In this document: in pieces, positions 54,972 through 64,000 of the stretch
How positions within the stretch are numbered: position 1 is the first letter of the stretch
Layout: every line of letters starts with the position of its first letter
NCBI GenBank assembly: GCA_951406725.2
Contig: OX597822.1
Coordinates: 53,444,001-53,508,000, forward strand
DNA length: 64,000 bases
Source: Octopus vulgaris
Taxonomy: Eukaryota
Reading direction: 5' to 3'
Program-made: the position numbers and the translations under genes
The notes under the pieces: generated by a model
What the model saw: the letters and a program-made list of their open reading frames with translations, nothing else
Database searches by the model: none
What the model was told of the DNA's origin: nothing

Positions 54972-57399
54972 TGATCGATACTAATTCACTTTGTTTATGC
55001 CATTAATATCCTTGAAAAGGTATAAATGTCTCAACTTCCCTTGTATTCCTTCCCCTAAAATACGGGATGATTATGCGTATTTCAGAAGCACTTCATATAT
55101 GTAATGCATTCAGCGAATTCTTTCTTGAATTTGAAAAATTGTTTCGTCTTATATAAGAAAATATTGGGAGTTGTCAAATTCAGGATATTTTAATTTCTCA
55201 CTCAAAACTCATTAAAATAGATTACCTAAATGTTGTTTTTTTTTAATTAACCAATGGGTCTCTACTAAATGATTCATATTTATGTAGTGTCAGAAGTAAG
55301 ATAGTGTTGGTAAGCGCATCCTTTTCTATGTTATAAAATTTGATAGAATGTAAGTGCGATAAGTAAATAGAATAAAATGCTTCGAGAGAAAATTGCTTTT
55401 TCAATGTAATCCTCTCAGCTCGCCACCACTTTACGGTAACAAAACTAAAATAAATTAGCGTAATTGGAAATTAAAATTTAGAATTTTTTGTTTATTTGTT
55501 TTTGTTTAAACGCTAAAATCAGGATATAATGCGAATAACTTTAACTTATGTGTCACCATGCTACTTAAGCGACAACAGTTTCAAATAATACTGCTGTAGA
55601 TATATTGATTACAGTTTAGGTTTATCTCATATGTCTTTTGTATAGATTTTGCTATTTAATAGTTGATACATACAGTAAGGCTTGTTAAGTAAAAATTGAA
55701 GAATAACCTAAATGATTTTCTACATTTAGTTGTATTCCTCTATGTTTGGGGTTCAAATCCAACCCGATCATCTTTTACATTTCATTCCTTCTGGAGTCAA
55801 TAAAAACCCTGGGAAATATGAAGGAAGGAAACTGGATTTAATCAGTACAAGAAATTATTTGTTTCTTTATCAACAAATTTTGGCACAAGTCCAGCAATTT
55901 CGAGCGCTCAACTGGTACTCATTTTATCGACCCCGAAAGGATCAAAGGCAAAGTCAACTTCGGTTGAATTTGATCTCAGAACACAGAGAGGGACGAAATG
56001 CCGCGAAGCATTTTGCCCGGCGTTTTAACGGTTCTGCCAGCTCGCCGCCCTGATAGGCATCAATTTTAACTTTTCAGACACATTGTGTTTTGGTATATGA
56101 AGCCAAAAGGACCAAAGTTTTTTTTCTGTTGAGATTGAAATTGATAGGTTCTTGTAGAAAACAAAGGATAAAGTGTCTAAAACTACTTTATTAGTATGTA
56201 AAACTATATATTATATAGTTTTATATTATATCTACTTAAAGACGATTTATGATGAGTTATTACTGCTCAAAACGTTTGTTTCATCGGGTCGCTGGATCGG
56301 CTTCAAAGTCCTTTCAGCTTGTATCACTTGGACCGATCAGTCGGCCCTGCTGTCACAAGAGGGTCAAAAATAAAACTATGGCGGATACATGAGATGAAAC
56401 CAAGTTTCAAGTTCACAATGGTTGAAGTCGGTTTCATTTTCCACTTCTGACACTGATGGCTTTGCGAAGACATAAACATAATATTCCCTCTCTTCTCTCT
56501 TGTTGCTGTACAGACAAATATCTTTATCACAGATATTCATGAAGAGTTAAATACCGAAAATAGCTGGCATCTAAATTTAGTTGGCATCTAAATTTGCCGA
56601 TATTAATGACAAGTTTCCTTAATCTAGAATTATCTCCACAATATTTCTTCACTTTGAAGTAAATAAATTTCGATTCTGTGCAACACAGAATACTAATTTT
56701 AACATAACGTTACTACTGTAGAGAAGAAAATTCGTTTTATACATAAATTGTCAGAGTAAAACGGCGAGTTTGCAGAATCAATTACAAGTGCTATTGCAGT
56801 ATTTGTTCTAACTCATTACGCTCCGAGTTCAAATCCTACCCATATCAAGTTTACCCTTCACCTTCTGAGATCGATAAAATACAGCATCATTCAAGTACTG
56901 AGATAAATATCTACCACCTAACATACCAACACGCAACAGGCTACCAGGTACAGTGAAGCCCAGATCCTTTCTCACCTGTGACTTCTGATAAAAGTTGAAG
57001 CAAAACACCAGTTGTAGTGCTTTGCTTTCACTTGAATATTTTGAATATTCGTCGGTTTCGACGATGAGGATTCGTTCAACTGGATTACTTCCTCATTGAG
57101 TTAACATATAAGTGACTGAGTATTCCACAGAAATGTGTACCGTTAATATAGTTCTCAGACAGAATCAGCATCACACGGTATGAGACAAGGCTGTACCAAT
57201 TCACTCGACTAGTTCCTACACAATTAACGTCAGTTGAAATTCACTAACAAGGTAGAGGTTGACCTGAGGCTATTGAAAATTACGCTTGCTCAAGAGGCCA
57301 TGCAACGGGGGCGAACCCGGACCCATGTGAGGATGAAGCGAACTTCTTAAACCATTCAGCTATGCTTGTATCCGTTCAAACCAATATTATTTATCAGTA

Positions 57400-57615
57400 A
57401 GCCGCTGAGCTGGCAGAATCGTGAACACGCCGGGCAGAATGCTTAGCGGCATTTCATCCGTCTTTACGTTTTGAGTTCAAATTCCGCCGAGGCCGACCTT
57501 GCCTTTCATCCTTTTGAGATCGATAAAATAAGTACCTGTTAAACACTGGAGTCGATATAATCGATTTACCCTCTCCCCGAAATTGCTGGCCTTGTACTAT
57601 AAATTGAAACTAATA
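57400..57615 (+). mobile_element. SINE family A
   Basis: Full copy. Further plus copies at about 58728-58860, 59870-60010 and 60165-60375. Confidence 0.85.
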
Positions 57616-58293
57616 TTATCTATCAGTAACACCCTATGTTACAGTTAAAACATACACACATGCTCTCTCTAAATGCGGATCCCATAAAAAATGGGCGTCA
57701 AACAATAATGTAATTAAACAGATAATGTATAGTGCCTAGACACTGGGAACTTAAACTCTTCAAAAGTAGTATTGATCGTTAATACCTCCCTCATCTAACT
57801 CAATACTTGGACTGCTCCATTCCTCAATTTCCATATATCTCCTTATTGCTAATCATATCGTTACACTCGTCTGTGAAAATTATGCTAAGATTTTTTTATG
57901 AGAAATTGAACAATGAACCAATCAATATAAAAAAAAATTACTTAAATCATAAACTTTTCTAAACACTGACAGAAAAACCCAATTACTATCAGCTTCAGCT
58001 ACGATTGATATCAGTATTTACTCAAGAAATATAGAGATTACAGAGAACATAAAAGAGTAAAGAAAGAAGATAACACACTTCATCCACTCCTAGATGTACA
58101 CATATATCAATCTACTCAACCGAAAATATCAAAAGGTACCAGAGCTTTTGAAAGATGCAAAAAACAATTTTTCCTCTGAATACATTAATGAACCTGTAGT
58201 AAATGTGAGATTTCAGCTGCGGTGAATGCAAGATAAAATTTGAATTATGCAATGGCAGCAGCTCTATAATAAAACAATATAACATACTTAACA

Positions 58294-58712
58294 GGGCGGC
58301 GAGCTGGCAGATTCATCAGCACGCTGGTCGAAATGCGTAGCCGTATTTCGTCTGCCGATACGTTCTGAGTTCAAATTCCGCCGAGGTCGACTTTGCCTTT
58401 CATCCTTTCGGAGTCGATAAATTAAGTACCAGTTACGCACTGGGGTCGATATAATTGACTTAATCCGTTTGTCTGTCCTTGTTTGTCCTCTGTGTTTAGC
58501 CCCTTGTGGGTAGTAAAGAAATAGGTATTTCGGCTGCCGTTACGTTCTGAGTTCAAATTCCGGCGAGGTCGACTTTGCCTTTCATCCTTTCGGGGTCGAT
58601 AAATTAAGTACCAGTTACGCACTGGGGTCGATGTAATCTACTTAATCCCTTTGTTTGTCCTTGCTTGTTCCCTCTATGTTTAGCCCCTTGTGGGTAATAA
58701 AGAAATAGGTAT
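58294..58712 (+). mobile_element. Head-to-tail SINE family A dimer
   Basis: The second unit restarts at GTATTTCG (about 58526) and lacks the A box. Confidence 0.88.
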
Positions 58713-60859
58713 ATCAACTGTCTTCAGAGAGTTCAAATTCCGCCAAGGTTACTTTTGCTTTACATCCTTTTGGGTTCGACAAAATAACAGCCAGTTGAAT
58801 ACTAAGGGGTCGAAGTAATTGACTTACCCTTTCTCCGAAATTGCTGGCCTTGTGCTAAAATTATCGTATGTGTGTAGTTGAAATGCAGAAGCTGCGATTT
58901 TCGTCCGGGAGAATCCGTTTTTTAGACGTATTAAGAAGCACAATATAGTTCAGAACTAAAGGAAACGAAAACGTCCCGAGAGCGACCAAGAACGCATTTT
59001 ACCGTTTTTGCGGGTTCTTGACGTCTTGTAATCATGTAATTTCCGAAACAAAATCAAATCAACAGGTAGATACACGGCTATATTGCACTGAAGTTAATTT
59101 TACCAGAAAATGGTATCAGAGACTGTACATAAGAAATATAATAGCCAGCTTGAATTACTTAAGTAAACGAAGGAAGTTTCTCTGTGATCGGTCAGATGAT
59201 CTAAAAACATCAACTCTAATAATTTAAAACAGACACATGTCAGATAATGTAATCTTAAATGCACTGACTAAAAGCGGCATGACTAAGAATATCTTTGTCG
59301 TATGTCTTCACGGTAAGATCTGGGTTTTGATCGCAAGTGTACTCTGTTTGGTCTTTGATCATAGATCTACTCTGTCTGATCTGGCATTCTAAATATATAA
59401 TTGAAAGTCTGTTTATTTATTTGATTTCATTGGTGGCAAATTAACAAAAGCTTTTAATGGAATGTTTATTAATAGTAATTCTTTTACAGAACATCGAGCA
59501 ACTAGACAGGAAAGTAATATATCAAGGTAACCAACATGTCCGTTGAGAAGGATATTTTTAAAACATTAAATTTATTGCCAGTTAATCCTACGGCTGAATG
59601 GAGAAGGTATTTCAACAAAGTGCTATCTTACGTTCAGATCTTTTTTCTTTTGTTTAAATATACATATGCTTGTAGCCTTAAACATCCTTTCTCCAAATAA
59701 TGAGTAGAGAGGGATAAAAATTAGCTTAAGATTTATTGAGAATTCTTTGAGAAGGCATTAACGGATATTTTAAGGATTCTCAGGAATAAGTAACTGAACT
59801 TTTATTGAAAGTCAGCAATCAGATAATCCAGTTTTTATTTATTATACTTGTGCTTCTAACGTTATCTGGGAGAAGAGCTTGCAGACACATTAGAGCATCA
59901 GAAAAAATGATTAGCGGCATTTGTTCCGACTCTTTACGATCTGATTTGAAATCCCGCTGAGGTAAACTTTGCCCTTCCTCATTCAGGGTCGATAAAATAA
60001 AGTATCCGGCTTTATAAACTTTATTTTTCTGTATACCATACCTTTATAAGTTCACCATCTCCATTTACTTTCCACCCCATACACACACGCAAAGTAGTCT
60101 TATAAGCAGTACAATTCATTATACAATATAAGGAGTTGTAGCATTAACATTTGCAAAGACAGAGAGTTGGCAAAATCGTTAGCACGCCGGGAGAAATGCT
60201 TAGTGGCATTTCGTCCGTCTTCACGTTCTGAGTTCAAATTCCGTTGAGGTCAGCTTTCCCATTTCCAACCCTTTTAGGGTCGATAAAATAAGTATCAGTT
60301 CATTACTGTGGTCAATGTAATTGACTAGTCCCGCTCCCCAAAAACTGCTAGCCTTATGCCAGAATTTAAAATCAATAACAAATATTATGTTGGTTGATTT
60401 CTCCAGTCGTACTTTATATCGTTTAGAAAGAGCGGGGAAGTAAAAGAGATATATGGAGAGAGGGCTAGTATAAGAGGCGAAGGATGAGTACACATAATAT
60501 GCTTGGTAGCAGACATTGAATAAATGCACATTACACGCACACATAGGGGAAAAAAAGAACAGCAGACGAATATGAGAAGTAAATGAATGAGTATTTATAG
60601 GGGATATACAAATGGGAAATCAGGAGAAATTGTTCTCCGTAGACAAAAGACAACATAGATTAGCATATTCACGTTCGTATCCACCAAAATGAATTAAGAA
60701 TAAGAATGTACGTCGTTGTTTTCATTTTATTTAATTTAATGTTAAGGTAATAAATATGCTTTTGTGAAGGCGCAATGGCCCGGTGGTTGGGCAGCGGACT
60801 CGCGGTCGGAGAATTGCGTAAACCAAAGAATAAATATTCTTTTGAAAATTAGTATCCAT

Positions 60860-61440
60860 AGGTGCTGGCATGGCTGTGTGGTAAGAAATTTGTTTCCCAA
60901 CCACATAGTTCCGGGTTCAGTCCACTGCATGGCACCTTGGGCAAGTGTTTTCTTCTATAGCCTCGGGCTGACCAAAGCCTTGTGAGTGGATTTGGTAGAC
61001 GGAAACTGAAATCCTGTTATATACATATATATGTCAGGCACTAGTCGCCATGATAGATCGTTAGCCACTACACATATTTTTTTTCTCTCCTTGTTTTTTC
61101 TGTGTCCCTTTCTGTAGAAGAGCGTAGGCTCGAAACGTAAAAGACTTTTTTCTATTCCTGATCGTTATACTAATACATCTGTTTGTTTTGTATACCACCT
61201 GTTTTCGTCTTTTGCTTTTTTCGTAAACTCTCCCTATATATATATATATATTTGTGTGTCCGTCTCTGTGTTTATCTCTACACCATCGTTTGACGACTGA
61301 TATTGGTGTGTTTACGTCCTTGATACCTAGCGGTTCGGCCAAAAGGACCGATAGAATAAGTATTGGGTCAATTTGGCTGACTAAACCCTTTATGGTGATG
61401 TCCCAGTATAGCTGCAGTCAAGTATATGAAACCAGTAATA
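60860..61440 (+). mobile_element. SINE family B interrupted by an HHR element (about 61032-61234)
   Basis: SINE head to 61020 and tail from about 61250. The insert carries CTTT-CTGTAGA-AGAGCGTAGGCTC-GAAAC-GTA-AAAG (61108-61143). Confidence 0.8.
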
Positions 61441-62966
61441 AAGCAAACGACTCGCCCTTTTTTAGAGACTAATAATACAACCGTTAACTTGGTCATAACA
61501 TTCTTAATGTAGTGAATATTTTGAAAATAAATATGGTTCATAAATTAAATTTTACTACTGTAGTGAGGAGAAAAGAAGAGCATTAGGCTAATAATTCATT
61601 CTGTTCAAGACAGATGCAGAGGGATACAGCTTCTAAATATAAATTAATTAAAATTGAAAACAAGCATTCAATTTTAATGTAGTAAGCGTGTCTGACCTTT
61701 GGTAATTTTATAATTTAATTAAATATTTGATAATTAATCTTAGACTGAAAGTTGAATACATTTATATATTTAAATTGTAAATGCAGTTATTGTGAAAACA
61801 TGTGGCTTACTGACAAGAAGTGTAGGGCCTAAGGTTGTGAAGTCAAAGTTTCGGCTTTGGTGGGTGGGGGAGAAGGATCGGCTGGCGCGCTCTGTTCTTA
61901 ACGCATAAAGCGCTGGGATTTGCATTTACATAGCATAGACTGCTGAGCTCATTTTATGAAAATGTGACTACCATGCACACATAAAATCAAAAAAATTGTT
62001 CAAATATTTTCTTAGAATATAATGGTGGCAAGTTTTACATCATCTGAAAAGTCATTAGTTGAACTATTAGTCCTTTTGCATTCTGGTGGGTATCGGAACG
62101 TTTGAGTGACATTAGACCCAAACAAATGCCCATAAATTAAATGCATCTATCTGGGCCATGATCGTGGCCCGTCGCTCTTTATGTGTTAAGCAAAACACAC
62201 TGTCACTTTGCTCTTGTACAGTAGACTGAATATGATTACCAGCCCCACCACGTGACGTCTCATTCTGTGGAAGGTCTTGTACAGTTAGCTAACCACTTGA
62301 AAACAGGATAATCCTGTTTGCATTCGGTGGACTTATATAAATACAAACGCCATAGGAATAGAATAATTTTTTTTTAAATGCTAAGATCGAAATAGCAGTC
62401 AAATCTCAATCAAATTGCACCTTAGCAAGTTATACGAAGAAAATGTTACATTAAATAATGTTTTCAGATTTACCCTTGTAACGCTTTTGATCACAATTCT
62501 GCTCAACCAGAGATGGCCTGGGGTTAAACAACCACAAATATGATAGTCATTGTGTTCAAATCAAGAGTGGGTTTGAGTCTGTCACCAATTATCACTTCTG
62601 TGTCTCCTTCAGATGTCGTTTTTTTTATCTAACTGCATTTACATTTTACTAAAATATAAGTAATCTACTTTCAGTCTTTGATCAGTCACCTCCTATTCCA
62701 AACTTTCAAATTAATTACCGGAGAAAATTTAATTTTTACTATTAAACTAAACTTGAGAATTTTCTAAGATACACTAAACAAAAGTAAGTTCCAATAACAT
62801 ATGCCAGGATGGAAACTTAATAAAGACACAACATTCAAACAGACGCGGAAATTTGTCGCCATGCCTATTACTAGCTAGCAACATTTAAACTGCTAGATAC
62901 GTTCATGGATGCTGCATAACTTATAGACTTACCTACATCTTTATTATTTTATTTATTATTATTATT

Positions 62967-63174
62967 GTTTTTTCTATAGCGTACTTTCACTTCACTACCG
63001 AGCGCAGCTCTGTGTGCCTTGGGTATGTGCTGTGATTTGTTGTGATGCTCTGATGGTTATTGTATGGAAAGTGTTCTGCGTAGGATGTGTGCAGTGCCTA
63101 GTAGTGCAATTTTCTGTGTGTTATATGTGTTTGTAAGTCCTGGTGTTTTTGTTATGTATTTGTCTGAATATTTT
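62967..63174 (-). mobile_element. 5'-truncated R4/Dong-like LINE 3' end inserted in (TAA)n
   Basis: KYSDKYITKTPGLTNTYNTQKIALLGTAHILRRTLSIQ* (stop at 63057-63059) plus a short UTR; ATT repeats on both sides. Confidence 0.85.
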
Positions 63175-63180
63175 TATTAC

Positions 63181-63239
<59 letters not shown>

Positions 63240-63240
<1 letters not shown>

Positions 63241-64000
63241 TCAATTCCGTCGCTGTCGACTTTATTTATCACCCATTCGAGGTCGATAAAACAAGTACCA
63301 GTCGAATAATGGTGTCGATGTAATCGACTTGTCACCTCCTCCAAAATTGCTGGCTTTATGCCAAAATTTGAAATCTTTATTATTATCATTATTAAGGTGG
63401 TGAAAGGCGGCAAGCTGGCAGAAACGTTAGCACGCTGGGCAAAATGCTTAGCGGCATTTCGTCCGTATATACGTTCTAAGTTCAATTTCTGCCCAAGTCG
63501 ACTTTGCATTTCACCCCTTTCAGGGTCGATGTAATTGACTGATCCCATCCTCTGAAACTGCTGGCCTTGTGCCAAAATTTGAAATCGTTATTAAGGCAGC
63601 GAGTCGGCAGATTCGTCAGCACGCTGGGCAAAATGCTTAGCGACATTTCGTCTGTCTTTACGTTCTGAGTTCAAATTCCTCCGAGGTCGACTTTGCCTTT
63701 CATCCTTTCGGGGTCGCAAAATTAAGTACCAGTGAAACACTGGGTTCGATGTAATCGATTAGTCTCCTTCTCCACAATTTCAGGCCTTGTGCAAAGGCAC
63801 AAGTAGAAAGGCTTAAATAAGGCGGCGATCTGACAGAATAGCTAAAACGTTGGAAATAATGCTAAACGGCATTTCCTCCGGTTTTACGTTTTGTATTCGA
63901 ATTCCACCGAATTTCCTTTTCTCCTTTCGAGGTAGATGAAATAAGTACCAGTTGAGTACTATAGTTCATGTAATAGACTTAGACCCACCTTCGAAATGAT
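63240..64000 (+). mobile_element. Cluster of about four SINE family A copies
   Basis: Units at about 63240-63375, 63405-63590, 63593-63810 and 63820-64000. Confidence 0.85.

Overview
Eukaryotic, AT-rich, repeat-dominated DNA, either intronic or intergenic. The SINE families and the extreme (TA)n load suggest a coleoid cephalopod, probably Octopus (inference, not a database result). I found no recognisable host protein-coding gene, and most listed ORFs are microsatellite read-through artefacts. All real coding remnants are retroelement-derived: a young, 5'-truncated Penelope-like element (PLE) with an uninterrupted RT + GIY-YIG frame (34249-36648, minus); a short sister PLE copy; R4/Dong-type LINE pieces; RTE/BovB-like 3' ends; and CR1-group 3' ends. 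There are also dozens of tRNA-derived SINEs, Helentron-like non-autonomous elements, a 5S rRNA-derived pseudogene and several fold-back palindromes. The main hidden signal is about 14 type-I hammerhead-ribozyme (HHR) motifs from several families, most lying 55-105 nt upstream of a (TA)n tract. They occur as solo, tandem and inverted units and include a compensatory U3-A8 core variant, consistent with microsatellite-targeting, ribozyme-bearing PLE tails or retrozyme-like elements. All alignments and folds were done by eye, and SINE and other repeat boundaries are approximate.
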